Below are positions 41,027 to 52,284 of a DNA stretch of 64,000 nucleotides, in pieces; within the stretch, counting starts at the first letter, position 1, and every line of letters starts with the position of its first letter. Under the pieces are notes generated by a model. It did no database searches. It was not told where the DNA came from and worked only from the letters and a program-made list of their open reading frames with translations. The stretch is taken from assembly GCA_963753435.1 (NCBI GenBank), contig CAVWCF010000001.1, forward strand, positions 736,001 to 800,000, written 5' to 3'. The translations under genes and the position numbers were made by a program. The DNA is from an uncultured Actinomycetota bacterium. GTDB taxonomy: Bacteria; Actinomycetota; Actinomycetes; CAVWCF01.

Positions 41027-41902
41027 ATGCGGATAGCTGTGTGTGGACTAGGCCGGATGGGCCGACTGATGGCCGGGCACCTCGTGGCGGCCGGCCATGA
41101 GGTGACTGTCTGGAACCGGACGCCCGGGCGGGCCGCCGAGCTCGTTGCTGCCGGAGCCATCGAAGCGCCGACCCCGGCTGCGGCCGCCCGCGACGCCGAA
41201 GCCGTGGTTGCCGTCTTGTTCGGTCCGGACAGCGTCGCCGAGGTCTTGACCGGCGCCGAAGGCGTCCTGGTCGGACTGGCCGCCGATTCCCTCGTCATCG
41301 ACACGACGACCATCGGTCCTGCCGACGCCAGGCGGTTCGCAGCGCTGGTGCAGGACTCCGGCGGCCGCTACCTGGATGCGCCGCTGATCGGCTCGATCGG
41401 GCCGGCCACGACGGGGACGTTGGGTTCCTTCGTGGGCGGCTCGGAAGCCGACTTTGCGGCGGCCCTGGACATCCTGGGTTGCTGGTGCGACCCGGCGGCC
41501 GTCGTGCACGCGGGCCCGGTGGGCGCCGGCTCGGCGGTGAAGATCGTCCGAAACCTGGGCCATGCCGTTGCCGTCGCCGGCCTCGGCGAGGCCCTGCGCC
41601 TGGCGGCCGACCTCGGGATGGACCGACAGTTGGCGCTCGGCGCGCTCGCGGCGGGACCGCTGTCCTGGACGCTGCAGGCAACCGGTTCGACCTTGGCCGA
41701 TCGCGACTACGCCGACGCGGAGTTCACGGCCGCCCTGCTCGCAAAGGACGCGGGGCTGGCAGTGGCCGCCGCCGAGCGCCCCATGCCGCTGGTGTCGCTG
41801 GCGCAAGCCTGGGCGGACACCGCCTGTGCAGCTGGAGCCGAGCAGCGGCACTACCTGGCTGTCGCCGACTTCATCGAATCCGGCAGCGGGCAGCCGGAAT
41901 AG
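41027..41902 (+). CDS. NAD(P)-dependent oxidoreductase, 3-hydroxyisobutyrate dehydrogenase family
   Basis: MRIAVCGLGRMG, VWNRT, DAPLIG, GAGSAVK; true start at 41027. Confidence 0.9.
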   Translation: MRIAVCGLGRMGRLMAGHLVAAGHEVTVWNRTPGRAAELVAAGAIEAPTPAAAARDAEAVVAVLFGPDSVAEVLTGAEGVLVGLAADSLVIDTTTIGPADARRFAALVQDSGGRYLDAPLIGSIGPATTGTLGSFVGGSEADFAAALDILGCWCDPAAVVHAGPVGAGSAVKIVRNLGHAVAVAGLGEALRLAADLGMDRQLALGALAAGPLSWTLQATGSTLADRDYADAEFTAALLAKDAGLAVAAAERPMPLVSLAQAWADTACAAGAEQRHYLAVADFIESGSGQPE

Positions 41903-41907
41903 ATGAA

Positions 41908-43185
41908 TCAGGTGCGGATCTGACCGGTACCGGTCACGACGAACTTCGTCGACGTCATCTCCGGAAGGCCCATCGGGCCACGAGCGTGCAGTTTCTGCGT
42001 GGAGATGCCGATCTCCGCGCCGAAACCGAACTCACCCCCGTCGGTGAACCGGGTCGACGCGTTGACCATGACGGCGGCGGAATCAACACCGGCCACGAAC
42101 TCCGTAGCCGCGGCCACCGAGTCGGTGACGATCGCCTCGGTGTGTCCGGATGACCAGCGGCGGATATGCGCCAGCGCCTCGTCGACGGAGTCCACAACCC
42201 CGGCGGCCAGATCCAGCGAGTAGTACTCCGCAGCCCAGTCGTCGTCGGTGACCGCCTGCACCGTCACGTCGACGTCGGCGGCAGCAGCGGCGACGCGTTC
42301 GTCGCCGTGCAGGGTCACCCCGGCGGCGCTGAGAGCCGCGATCGCCCGGGGCAGGAAGGTTGCGGCGATGTCGGCGTGGACGAGCACGGTCTCGGCCGCG
42401 TTGCAGACGCTGGGTCGCTGGGTCTTGGCGTTCAGCAGAATGTCAATGGCCATGTCCGGGTCCGCGGCGGCGTCGATGTACACGTGACAGTTACCGATCC
42501 CAGTTTCGATCACCGGCACGGTGGATTCAGTGACGACGGACTGGATGAGCGACGCGCCGCCGCGCGGAATGAGGACATCGACCAGACCGCGCGCGGTCAT
42601 GAGGTGCTTGACGGACTCGTGCGAGGTGCCTGGAACCAGTTGCACCGCGTCGGCAGGCAGCCCGGATTTGACCAGCGCCTCCCGCATCACGTCGACGAGC
42701 ACGGTGTTTGAGTCGAACGCGGAAGAGGATCCCCGCAGCAACGCCGCATTGCCGGACTTCAGGCACAGGCCCGCAGCATCCACCGTCACGTTCGGGCGCG
42801 CCTCGTAGATGATGCCTACGACGCCCATGGGCACCCGGACCTGTCGCACCTGCAGCCCGTTCGGGAGCGTGTACCCGCGAATCACCTCGCCGACCGGGTC
42901 CGGCAGGTCGGCCACGTCGCGCAACGCGTCGGCGATGGCTGCGATGCGGTCTTCCGTCAGCGTCAACCGGTCGATCAAGGCGGGGCTGGTGCCCGCGGCA
43001 GCAGCACGGTCGGTGTCGGACGCATTGGCTTCGACGATTCGCGGGGTCTCGGTGACCAGGGCGTCGGCCATCGCCAACAGGGCAGCGTCCTTGTCCGCCC
43101 GCGAGGTGGTCGCAAGTTGCACGGATGCCGCCCGCGCCGCGCGGGCGCAGTCCAGAACGGCGGTTCGATCAGACGAGTCGTTCAT
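41908..43185 (-). CDS. proA: Glutamate-5-semialdehyde dehydrogenase
   Basis: [45 protein letters not shown]. Confidence 0.98.
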   Translation of the reverse strand: MNDSSDRTAVLDCARAARAASVQLATTSRADKDAALLAMADALVTETPRIVEANASDTDRAAAAGTSPALIDRLTLTEDRIAAIADALRDVADLPDPVGEVIRGYTLPNGLQVRQVRVPMGVVGIIYEARPNVTVDAAGLCLKSGNAALLRGSSSAFDSNTVLVDVMREALVKSGLPADAVQLVPGTSHESVKHLMTARGLVDVLIPRGGASLIQSVVTESTVPVIETGIGNCHVYIDAAADPDMAIDILLNAKTQRPSVCNAAETVLVHADIAATFLPRAIAALSAAGVTLHGDERVAAAAADVDVTVQAVTDDDWAAEYYSLDLAAGVVDSVDEALAHIRRWSSGHTEAIVTDSVAAATEFVAGVDSAAVMVNASTRFTDGGEFGFGAEIGISTQKLHARGPMGLPEMTSTKFVVTGTGQIRT

Positions 43186-43219
43186 GGCAGCAGGGTACGA
43201 GGCGCCGCCGGTAGGCCGA

Positions 43220-44362
43220 TCAGCCCGGCCGCCGCTCCTCGGTCAACAGGACCAGGTCGTCGCGGTGGACCACTTCGCGCTCATACGCCGGCCCGCGCTC
43301 GGCGGCCAGGTCCTTGGTGGAGCGCCCGATCAGTTCGGGCAGTTCCGCTGCGTCGAAGTTCACCAGGCCGCGGCCAATGACCGTGCCGTCGGAACCCACC
43401 AGGTCCACCGCATCACCAGCGACGAAGACCCCAGTCACGGCGACGATCCCGGCGGGCAGCAAGGAAGCCCCCCGTTCGGCCACCGCGGCAACCGCACCCG
43501 GATCCAGCGTCAGCGTGCCGCGACCGTCGCTGGCGTGGGCCAGCCACAGCAGGCGCGTGGACCGACGGCTCCCGCGCGGCGGGAACCACGTCCCGACAGC
43601 GGTGCCGGTGAGCAGGTCGGCGGCAGCACCAGCCGCTCCCAGCAACACCCCCACGCCATCGCTGGTGGCCATCTGTGCGGCCGCCACCTTGGTACCCATC
43701 CCACCCGTGCCGACCCGGCGACCCCGGCGCCGCGAGTTCAGCGGAACCCCATCCAGGTCAGCCGGTCCGTGCACCTCGTCGATGACTGTCGAGCCGGCCT
43801 TGGCCGGGTCGCCGTTGTACAAGCCGTCGACGTCGGAAAGGAGCACCAGCAGATCGGCGTGGACCAGATGTGCGACCAGAGCCGCCAACCGGTCGTTGTC
43901 CCCGAAGCGGATCTCGTCCGTGGCCACGGTGTCGTTCTCGTTGACGACCGGCAGAACCCCCAACTCCAGCAGACGGAACATGGTGCGCTGCGCGTTTCGG
44001 TAGTGCCCGCGTCGAGCCACGTCATCGGCGGAGAGCAGCACCTGCCCGACGGTCACCCCGAACTCGGCGAACGCCTCGGTGTAGCGGTGCACCAGCAACC
44101 CCTGACCAACGCTGGCTGCCGCCTGCAGCCCGGCCAGGTCGCCGGGACGACCCAACTGGCGCAACGGGCCCATGCCGGCGGCGACGGCGCCGGAGGAGAC
44201 GAGCACGACCTCGCAGCCGGATTTCCGCTTCGCGGCGATTACCGCGGCCAGCGCGTCGATTCGGTCCGTGTCCAGGCCACCGTCCGCGCGAGTGAGCGAA
44301 CTGGAGCCGATCTTGACGACGATGCGGCGCGCGGCTTGCACCGCAGCACGGCGATCGCTCAC
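43220..44362 (-). CDS. proB: Glutamate 5-kinase
   Basis: [27 protein letters not shown]-terminal PUA domain. Confidence 0.97.
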   Translation of the reverse strand: MSDRRAAVQAARRIVVKIGSSSLTRADGGLDTDRIDALAAVIAAKRKSGCEVVLVSSGAVAAGMGPLRQLGRPGDLAGLQAAASVGQGLLVHRYTEAFAEFGVTVGQVLLSADDVARRGHYRNAQRTMFRLLELGVLPVVNENDTVATDEIRFGDNDRLAALVAHLVHADLLVLLSDVDGLYNGDPAKAGSTVIDEVHGPADLDGVPLNSRRRGRRVGTGGMGTKVAAAQMATSDGVGVLLGAAGAAADLLTGTAVGTWFPPRGSRRSTRLLWLAHASDGRGTLTLDPGAVAAVAERGASLLPAGIVAVTGVFVAGDAVDLVGSDGTVIGRGLVNFDAAELPELIGRSTKDLAAERGPAYEREVVHRDDLVLLTEERRPG

Positions 44363-45717
44363 CAGTCCTCCAGCCGCAGATCCTCGCCACGACGGCCCAG
44401 CAGGTGCTCAGCGCCGGCGACGATAGTGGGCTCCCAGTCGAACACAACGGCATCGTCACCGGCGCCGATGACAACTTCGGCACCGGGGTCGGCCCCGAGC
44501 TCGACCAACCGCTTCTCGACACCCAACCGGGCCAAGCGGTCGCCCAAGTAGCCAACGGCCTCGGCGTTTGCGAAGTCGGTCTGGGCAACCCAACGCTCCG
44601 GGCGCGGGCCCGTGACGATGAACCGATCGCCGGAACGCCGTACCTCGAAACCCTCCTCATCGACTGCGGCCGGACGCAACACGATCCGGGTTGGCTCCAG
44701 GATCGGCGTCGCCTGCCGGTGCTCGGAAACAATCTGCGCCAAGGCGAACAGCAGCGGCTTGATCCCGGCACCGGTGGCCGCCGAAACCGCAAACACCTGC
44801 ATCCCGCGGGCCTGCAGCTCCGGCGTGACCATCTCGGCCAGTTCCGCGGCGTCGGGGACGTCCACCTTGTTCAAGGCGACGACCCGGGGCCGATCGGTCA
44901 GGCCGCCGTAGGCGCTCAGTTCCGCCTCAATGGCGTCGATGTCGGACAGGGGGTCACGGCCCGGCTCGAGGCTGGCGCAGTCCACGACATGCACGAGCGC
45001 TGAGCAGCGTTCGATGTGCCTGAGGAACTCCAGGCCCAGGCCCTTGCCCTGGCTGGCCCCTGGGATCAGCCCGGGGACGTCGGCCATGGTGAACCGAACG
45101 TCACCGGCTTGGACCACGCCCAGGTTCGGGGTCAAGGTGGTGAACGGGTAGTCAGCGATCTCCGGTCGCGCCGCACTCACCGATGCGATCAGACTGGACT
45201 TGCCGGCACTAGGGAAGCCGACGAGCCCCACGTCGGCGAGCGTCTTCAACTCCAGAACGACCTGGGCCGACTGCCCGGCTTCCCCTCGCAAGGCGAACCC
45301 GGGCGCCTTGCGCCGCGAGGACGCCAGGGCCGCGTTTCCGAGGCCACCGCGCCCGCCGGCAGCGAGGACCACGCTCGTACCCGCACCCACGAGATCGGCC
45401 AGTACCTCACCGGCCGGCGTGGCAACGACCGTCCCGTCCGGGACCGCGATGATCAGGTCCTCGCCGTCCGCGCCGGAACGATTTCCACCGGCTCCGGGCC
45501 GGCCCTTTCCGGCGGCCCGGTGCGGGTGGTAGTGGAAGTCCAGGAGGGTGGTCACCGAAGGATCAACTCGCAGGATGACGTCCCCGCCACGACCACCGTT
45601 GCCGCCGTCTGGCCCACCCAACGGCTTGAACTTCTCCCGGTGCACTGAGGCGCACCCGTTGCCGCCGTCGCCGGCGGCCACCGAGATGGTGACCCGATCC
45701 ACGAAGTGGACTGCCAC
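44359..45717 (-). CDS. obgE: GTPase ObgE
   Basis: [39 protein letters not shown]. Confidence 0.98.
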   Translation of the reverse strand: MAVHFVDRVTISVAAGDGGNGCASVHREKFKPLGGPDGGNGGRGGDVILRVDPSVTTLLDFHYHPHRAAGKGRPGAGGNRSGADGEDLIIAVPDGTVVATPAGEVLADLVGAGTSVVLAAGGRGGLGNAALASSRRKAPGFALRGEAGQSAQVVLELKTLADVGLVGFPSAGKSSLIASVSAARPEIADYPFTTLTPNLGVVQAGDVRFTMADVPGLIPGASQGKGLGLEFLRHIERCSALVHVVDCASLEPGRDPLSDIDAIEAELSAYGGLTDRPRVVALNKVDVPDAAELAEMVTPELQARGMQVFAVSAATGAGIKPLLFALAQIVSEHRQATPILEPTRIVLRPAAVDEEGFEVRRSGDRFIVTGPRPERWVAQTDFANAEAVGYLGDRLARLGVEKRLVELGADPGAEVVIGAGDDAVVFDWEPTIVAGAEHLLGRRGEDLRLEDW

Positions 45718-45744
45718 AGCGCCTCCTTTGGCGTGACGCTAACG

Positions 45745-45786
45745 AATCAGGGCGGGTCGGATCCGCTGATCCGGCCCGCCCTGATT
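45745..45786 (-). terminator. Hairpin between rpmA and obgE (probable terminator)
   Basis: AATCAGGGCGGGTCGGATC-cgct-GATCCGGCCCGCCCTGATT, a near-perfect 19-bp stem. Confidence 0.75.
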
Positions 45787-45802
45787 GACGTTAGAAAAGT
45801 GG

Positions 45803-46057
45803 CTACTCCGCAGGAACGACGTTGACGACGCGACGTCCCCGGCGGGAGCCGAACTCCACTGTGCCCTCGGTGAGGGAGAACAGCGTGTCGTCACCGCCGC
45901 GGCCGACGTTCGTACCCGGGTGGAAGTGGGTTCCGCGCTGGCGGACCAGGATCTCCCCGGCGTTCACGGTCTGGCCGGCGAAGCGCTTGACGCCAAGCCG
46001 CTTGGACTCGGAGTCGCGGCCGTTACGTGTGCTGGACGCACCCTTTTTGTGAGCCAT
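45803..46057 (-). CDS. rpmA: 50S ribosomal protein L27
   Basis: [16 protein letters not shown]...RQRGT. Confidence 0.98.
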   Translation of the reverse strand: MAHKKGASSTRNGRDSESKRLGVKRFAGQTVNAGEILVRQRGTHFHPGTNVGRGGDDTLFSLTEGTVEFGSRRGRRVVNVVPAE

Positions 46058-46067
46058 GGCAGCGCCC

Positions 46068-46379
46068 CTACTTCGTCTCGATGCCGGTGATCCGGATGCG
46101 CGTCAGCGGCTGGCGGTGGCCGGCGCGGCGACGGTACCGGGTCTTGTTCTTGTACTTGAGGATGGTGATCTTTGGGCCCTTGGTGTCCTCAATGACCTCA
46201 GCGGTCACCTTGAACGAACCGAGGGCATCCCGGTCGGCGGTGACGGTGCCGGAGTCCACTACTAGGACGGCGGGCAGCTCAACGACGGATCCCGGCGTTG
46301 CCGCCAGGCGGTTCACCTCCAGCTCATCACCGACGGAAACCTTCTCCTGCCGGCCGCTGGCACGGACGATCGCGTACAC
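46068..46379 (-). CDS. rplU: 50S ribosomal protein L21
   Basis: [13 protein letters not shown]...[16 protein letters not shown]; GTG start at 46379 after AGGAG. Confidence 0.97.
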   Translation of the reverse strand: MYAIVRASGRQEKVSVGDELEVNRLAATPGSVVELPAVLVVDSGTVTADRDALGSFKVTAEVIEDTKGPKITILKYKNKTRYRRRAGHRQPLTRIRITGIETK

Positions 46380-46488
46380 CGCGGAACTCCTCGTCATTCG
46401 CTGCAGATTGCCCGCCCCATGGGCGCGCACACGTTCGGAACGGAACGCAGTCGCTGAGGGTACCCCAGCGGGCGCCTCCCCCTCAAAC

Positions 46489-47127
46489 TCAGGCGCCCGA
46501 GCCCGCTGCCAGACGCAAGACCCGGTCGGCCACGGCATCCGCCTCGACCTCGTCGTGGGTCACCAGAACGGCCGGGGTTCCCAACCGACGCAGCAGCGCG
46601 GCGACATCGGCGGCCAGGCGCAGGCGCAACGGCCGGTCCAGGGCCGCGAACGGTTCATCCAGGAGTAGTGCTCGCGGCACCGGGGCCAGGGCCCGAGCCA
46701 AGGCGATGCGCTGCGCTTCGCCGCCGGACAGGGTGGACACGCGGCGATCGGCGAAGCCGGGCAGCCCGACGAGGTCAAGCAGTTCCCGGGTCCGCTCCTG
46801 CCGGCGGCGGCGGTCCAGCCCATGCAGCCCGAAGGCCACGTTCGCCCCGACGTTCAAGTGCGGGAACAGCAACGGGTCCTGAAACACCAGCCCGAACCCG
46901 CGGCGGTGTACCGGCACCTGGCTGACGTCGGCCCCGTCGAATTCGACCACCCCCGCGTCCAGCGGCAACAAGCCGGCGAGCGCCGCCAGCAACGTGGACT
47001 TGCCCGACCCGGACGGGCCGAGGACCGCGAGTACCTCACCGGGGGCAACGCTGAGGTCGACGCCGTCCAGCACCGGCACGCCGTCGTAGGCAAGCCGCAG
47101 CCCGGTTGCGCTCAGTCCGCTGCTCAC
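46489..47127 (-). CDS. ABC transporter ATP-binding protein (thiamine uptake, ThiQ-like)
   Basis: GPSGSGKST, LSGGEAQR, LLLDEP, VTHD. Confidence 0.9.
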   Translation of the reverse strand: MSSGLSATGLRLAYDGVPVLDGVDLSVAPGEVLAVLGPSGSGKSTLLAALAGLLPLDAGVVEFDGADVSQVPVHRRGFGLVFQDPLLFPHLNVGANVAFGLHGLDRRRRQERTRELLDLVGLPGFADRRVSTLSGGEAQRIALARALAPVPRALLLDEPFAALDRPLRLRLAADVAALLRRLGTPAVLVTHDEVEADAVADRVLRLAAGSGA

Positions 47128-48710
47128 AAGGCCCCCACACCCGGGATCCTGGCCCTTTCGGCCAGCAGCACGACAGCCACCACCAGCACGCTCAGCAGGA
47201 CCGCCAACGCGGCTGCTTGGCCGAGGTTCGCCTCGCCGGGACGGCCCAGCAGCCGAACGACCTGGACGGTGACGGTTGGCGCACCGGCCCGCGACACGAA
47301 CGCGGTCGCGCCGAACTCACCCAGCGATACCGCCGCGGCCAGTCCGGCGGCGCCCAGCAGCGCCCGGGCCAGGTATGGCCCTTCGACTGTTCGCCAGGCA
47401 CGGAGGGGGCCGGCCCCGAGAGCCGCGGCGACGTCGAACAGGCGGCTGTCGATCGAGCGCAGCACGGCAACCACCGCGCGCAAGACCAGGGGCAGCGCCA
47501 CAAGGGCCTGCGCCAGCGGAAGCAACCACCAGGTCGATCGCAGATCCACCGGGCCGTTGACGCTGAGGAGCAGCAGGCCGAACCCCAGGGCAACGGCGGA
47601 CACCCCCACCGGCAGTGAAAGCAGGACGTCCAGGGACCGGCTGCGCGACCGGCTCAGCGCGATGGCGGCGGCGGCTCCGAGGACAAGGGCGATGGCAGTG
47701 GCCAGGGCAGCGGTACGCAACGAAACGAGCAGAGACTCCAGCAACGGCGCCGATGCCGTGGTTGCCGAACCGCTTATGACTCCGCGATACCAGTCCAACC
47801 CGAACCCGTCGCCCACCGACACCGATGCCACAGCGAGGGCAACCAGCGGCAGCAGCACCCAGCCGGCGGCCAGATACGCGGTCGCCGCCCACCACCGCTG
47901 ACCGGTCGTGCGGATCGGCCGGCGTACCTCCGCGGCGACGGCCAGCGGCTGTCGCACCGCCACGCGACGTTCCAGGGTGCCGGCGACGAACAACGTCGCG
48001 ACAACGACAACCAACTGCAAGGCGGTCAGCACGGCCGCGGCGGGGAAGTCGAGGAACTGCGAGACGCGCCGGAATATCTCCACCTCCAGAGTCGGCCAAG
48101 CCGGATCCCCCAGCACCAACACCACGCCAAAGGAACTCAGGCAGAAGAGGAAGACCAGCACGGCGGCGGCCGCTACCGCCGGGCGCACCAGCGGCCAGGT
48201 GACGTGCCGGAACAGCCGCAGTCCGGACAAGCCCAGGCTGCGACCGACCGCCTCCAGCCGCGGATCGATGTGCCCCCATAACGAGCCGACGATCCGCACC
48301 AGCACGGCCAGGTTGAAGAACACGTGCGCGGCGAGCACGGCAGCTGTGGTGCCGGACCACGCGCTGGGCAGCAGGACCCGGTACGCCAGACCCACGACCA
48401 CCGTGGGCATCACGAAAGCCACGGTGAGCAGGGCCAGCACCGCGGTCCGTCCTGGCAGTTGCAGCCGGTGCAGCGCTCCGGCCACTGGCAGTCCGAAAAC
48501 GATCGTCAGCAAGGTGCTGACCGCGGCCAGCCCGACCGTGTACCCGACGACCCGCCAGGTGTACGCGTCCGTCAGCACCGGCCACGCCTGCGGCCCCAAC
48601 CCTTCGGCCAGCAGCAGGCCTACGGGCAGTACGACGAAGACCGCGACGACGGCTACCGGAAGCGCGGCAGCCGTCAGCGCAACACGATGTCGGTCCACTC
48701 TTGCACCCAC
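47124..48710 (-). CDS. ABC transporter permease (ThiP/FbpB-like, duplicated TM domains)
   Basis: AHVFFN, SLGEFGAT, EAA-like loops; operon with the thiamine-binding protein. Confidence 0.9.
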   Translation of the reverse strand: MGARVDRHRVALTAAALPVAVVAVFVVLPVGLLLAEGLGPQAWPVLTDAYTWRVVGYTVGLAAVSTLLTIVFGLPVAGALHRLQLPGRTAVLALLTVAFVMPTVVVGLAYRVLLPSAWSGTTAAVLAAHVFFNLAVLVRIVGSLWGHIDPRLEAVGRSLGLSGLRLFRHVTWPLVRPAVAAAAVLVFLFCLSSFGVVLVLGDPAWPTLEVEIFRRVSQFLDFPAAAVLTALQLVVVVATLFVAGTLERRVAVRQPLAVAAEVRRPIRTTGQRWWAATAYLAAGWVLLPLVALAVASVSVGDGFGLDWYRGVISGSATTASAPLLESLLVSLRTAALATAIALVLGAAAAIALSRSRSRSLDVLLSLPVGVSAVALGFGLLLLSVNGPVDLRSTWWLLPLAQALVALPLVLRAVVAVLRSIDSRLFDVAAALGAGPLRAWRTVEGPYLARALLGAAGLAAAVSLGEFGATAFVSRAGAPTVTVQVVRLLGRPGEANLGQAAALAVLLSVLVVAVVLLAERARIPGVGAL

Positions 48711-49732
48711 GTTTCCCGGCCGGCAGCGATCTGTTCCGGGGTCACGCTCAGCGGTTCACTCGGCTGCAGCGCGAACTCGAACTCCGCGGGCAGCGCAGTG
48801 CCGTTGACTGCCGGGAAGACGAACATGTTCAGGGGAACGTCCTCTTGCACCGTCGGCGTCAGCAGGAAGTCCACAAGTTGTCGAGCGTCCTCGCCGCGGT
48901 CGGAGCCACGCAGTACTCCGGCGAACTCAACCTGCCGGAAACAGCCGTCATCCATCACCGAGGTGCTGGGTTCGCTCGGCTTGGGCTCGGCTGCGAAGAC
49001 GATCTCCGCCGGCGGGGACGTCGCGTAGCTGAGGACGATGGGTCGACTGCCCCCGCCGCCACCGGCGGTGAACTCGCCCGTGTACGCCTCCGTCCACCCG
49101 TTTACGACCAGGACGCCGTTGTCGGCCAACTGCTGCCAGAACTGCTGCCATTGCTCGGTGGGTTCGGGGTTGTCCGGGTCGCCGTACCGAGCAACGCTGG
49201 CCAACAGGAAGGCCAATCCCGGTGACGAGGTGGCTGGGTTCGGCATCACGAACAGGTCCTGGTAGTCCGGCTTGGTCAGGTCGTCCAGGGTGCGTGGGGC
49301 TGGCACCCCGTTGGTGGCGAACCACTCATCGTCGACGTTTACGCATACGTCGCCGTAGTCGATCGCGGTGACGACACCGGCGCCTAGATCCCCGATCTGC
49401 TTCGGAACATCGGCCAGGCCAGCCGCGGCATAGGGCTCGAAAACTTCAGCATCGACCGCACGCGACAGCAAGGTGTTGTCGACCCCGAAGAGCACGTCAG
49501 CGTCCGGGTTGCCGCTGGTCAGGACCGCCCGGTTGACGACTTCGCCGGCGTCACCGGCGGTCACGATCTCCACTTCGATACCGGTCTGCTCGGTGAACTG
49601 CGCAAGCACTGAGTCGCTCAGCACGAATGAGTCATGGGTTAGCAACACCAGCGGCCCGGCCGGGGTCGACTCCTGCGTCGTGCAGGCAGCCGCGACTAGT
49701 GAAAGCGCCGCAATGGCAAGGAAACGTCGCAT
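48674..49732 (-). CDS. Thiamine ABC transporter substrate-binding lipoprotein (ThiB/TbpA-like)
   Basis: Lipobox AAAC, THDSF, GVDNT, DYGDVC, TSSPGLAFL, SYATSP, CFRQVE; TPP riboswitch upstream. Confidence 0.93.
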   Translation of the reverse strand: MRRFLAIAALSLVAAACTTQESTPAGPLVLLTHDSFVLSDSVLAQFTEQTGIEVEIVTAGDAGEVVNRAVLTSGNPDADVLFGVDNTLLSRAVDAEVFEPYAAAGLADVPKQIGDLGAGVVTAIDYGDVCVNVDDEWFATNGVPAPRTLDDLTKPDYQDLFVMPNPATSSPGLAFLLASVARYGDPDNPEPTEQWQQFWQQLADNGVLVVNGWTEAYTGEFTAGGGGGSRPIVLSYATSPPAEIVFAAEPKPSEPSTSVMDDGCFRQVEFAGVLRGSDRGEDARQLVDFLLTPTVQEDVPLNMFVFPAVNGTALPAEFEFALQPSEPLSVTPEQIAAGRETWVQEWTDIVLR

Positions 49733-49736
49733 GTAG

Positions 49737-49830
49737 ATCCCTCCGCTGGCATTACCCAGATCAGGTTCACGGGTCCAGCGGCGGCGGCCGCTATCTCAGC
49801 CCGGCGATCCTCGCGAGCTCCCCGTCTTCA
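49737..49830 (-). promoter_or_regulatory. TPP riboswitch (THI box)
   Basis: Minus strand GGGGAGC...GCTGAGA...GACCCGTGAACCTGATCTGGGTAATGCCAGCGGAGGGA; the 3' end overlaps the RBS of the binding-protein gene. Confidence 0.95.
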
Positions 49831-49844
49831 GTTATGCGGGCATC

Positions 49845-52198
49845 CTAGGCAGACGCCGGTTCGCCCTCCTTGGCAGGCTCGGGCGACTTCTTGGACCCGG
49901 AGCCCTTGCCCGACCCAGAACCGCCGCCGGCATCGCCCCGGTTGGTCGGCTTGCCACTCCTGCGGCGCTTCTCCGGGACCTGGGTTCGGGCCGGCGGCTT
50001 GGGGTCAACCGGCGAAGTGTGCACGTGCAGGCCGCGGCCGTTGCATTCGGCGCAGGGCTCACTGAAGGACTCCAGTAATCCGGACCCGATCCGCTTGCGG
50101 GTCATCTGCACCAGGCCCAAGGAGGACACCTCGGCCACTTGGTGCTTGGTCCGGTCACGAGCCAGGCACTCAGTCAGCCGGCGCAGCACCAGATCGCGGT
50201 TCTTCTCCAGGACCATGTCGATGAAGTCGATCACGATGATTCCGCCGATGTCGCGCAGACGCAGTTGCCGGACGATCTCCTCGGCGGCCTCCAGGTTGTT
50301 GCGAGTGACCGTCTCCTCGAGGTTGCCGCCGGAACCGGTGAACTTGCCGGTGTTGACGTCGACGACCGTCATGGCTTCAGTCCGGTCGATCACGAGCGAT
50401 CCGCCACTTGGCAGCCACACCTTGCGGTCCAGGGCCTTGGCCAACTGCTCGTCTACGCGCAGCGAGGCGAACACGTCGCCGTCTCCGCTCCACCGCTCGA
50501 CCCGCTGGGCCAGATCGGGGGCCACGTACCCGACGTAACTGTCCACGGTGTCCTCGGCGTCGCGGCCGGAGACGATCAACCGGGCGAAGTCTTCGTTGAA
50601 GAGGTCGCGGATGACGCGGATGGTCAGGTCCGGCTCGGTGTACAGGGAGGCCGGGGCGCTGGCCGTCTTCGCGTTCTCCTCGATGACCTCCCACTGCGCC
50701 CGCAGGCGTGCGACGTCACGCGACAGTTCCTCCTCGGACGCGCCCTCGGCTGCGGTCCGGACGATGACGCCGGCGTCTTCGGGGACGATCTCCTTCAGGA
50801 TGGCCTTCAGCCGGGTCCGCTCGGTGTCGGGCAGTTTGCGGCTGATGCCGGTCAACGAGCCGTCCGGCACGTAAACCAGGAACCGTCCCGGCAGCGTCAC
50901 CTGGGCCGTCAGCCTGGCTCCCTTGTGGCCGATCGGGTCCTTGGTCACCTGCACCAGCACCGAGTCACCGGACTTCATCGCGTGCTCGATGCGCTTGGGC
51001 TGACCGTCCAGCCCAGCGGCGTCCCAGTTGACTTCGCCGGCGTACAGGACGGCGTTGCGGCCGCGACCGATGTCCACGAACGCGGCTTCCATGCTCGGCA
51101 GAACGTTCTGCACCCGGCCCAGGTACACGTTGCCGATCAGCGACGCGCTGCCCTTGCGGTCCACGTAGTGCTCGACGAGAACACCGTCTTCTAGCACCGC
51201 GATCTGGGTTCTGTCGCCGTCGTCACGAACGGCCATGACCCGGTCCACAGACTCGCGGCGGGCCAGGAACTCTGCCTCGGTGAGGATGGTCGAACGGCGA
51301 CGCCCGGTCCGTTGGCTGCTGCGGCGCCGCTGCTTCTTGGCCTCCAGCCGGGTAGAACCCTTGACGGAGGTCACTTCGGATCGCGGCTCACGCTCGTGAA
51401 CGACGGTGCGCTCGGGGTCGTCCCCAGCACCTTCGCCGCCACCCCCGCCGGATCCACGGCGGCGGCGTCGACGTCGACGCCGCGAGGAAGGACCGCCTTC
51501 GCCGTCCTCGTCCGCGTCCGTGTCCTCGGTCGAGTCCGCCGGTGCCTCTTCGGAGTCGGTCGCTGCTACGCCGTCGGCTTCAGCGACGGCGTCGGCCGAC
51601 TGCCCACCCCGGCCTCGCCCACGCCCGCCGCGGCGGCGGCGGCGCGGCTGGGTGCCGGCCTCGTCATCGCCACCAGCGTCCGCGGCGGCTCCTTCGGCCG
51701 GGCCCGCAGATTCGCTTTCGGCGCCGTCGGCGGCGGCTTTCGTCGTGCGGGTGCGGGTGCGCTTGGGCGCAGCCACCTCTGCAGGCGCTTGGAACAGCGG
51801 CACCGCCGGCACGGCTGGGACGACGGAACCGGCCGTGGTGACCGTTCCCCCGTCGGCGCCGGAGTCCGTCGCGGTCGCCTCCGGGGCGTCCTTGGCAGCG
51901 GCCTTCTTCGCCGTCTTCTTGGCGGTCGACTTCTTGGCCGTGGCTTTCTTGGCCGTGGCCTTCTTGGTCGTCTTCTTCGCAGCGGCCCTCTTGGTGGCCT
52001 TCTTCGCCGACCCGGCGTCCCCGCCGGAATCGCTGGCCGCCTCGGTCCCGCCCCCGCCGGGTGTGCAGCCGGCGGTCCAGCGGGCCTGCTGGCGCGACGG
52101 CGAGTGGTCGTCTTCTTCGCCGGAGCGTCACCGGCCCCGCTGGCAGAACCAGCAGCGGGGCTAGTGGAGTCGGATGTGTTCGTGGTCTCGTCGGCCAT
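49845..52198 (-). CDS. rne: Ribonuclease E/G family protein with long disordered N-terminus; apparent frameshift near 52050-52066
   Basis: GNVYLGRVQNVLPSMEAAFVDIG, VDVNTG, RLRDIGGIIVIDFIDM, QMTRKR, CAECNGRG. The N-terminal MADETT...TRRRASRPAGPP is in a different frame. Confidence 0.93.
51890..52007 (-). repeat. Degenerate 12-15 bp repeats encoding a histone-like AKK tract in the RNase E N-terminus
   Basis: Translates to AKKATKRAAAKKTTKKATAKKATAKKSTAKKTAKKAAAK. Confidence 0.75.
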
Positions 52199-52284
52199 TG
52201 CCGTTCTTCTCCCTCGGACCCCGGGCGCTTAGCGCCGCGCTGGGTCGCGCGTTGTGCACCACGGTCGCTGCCGTGGTGAAGCCG

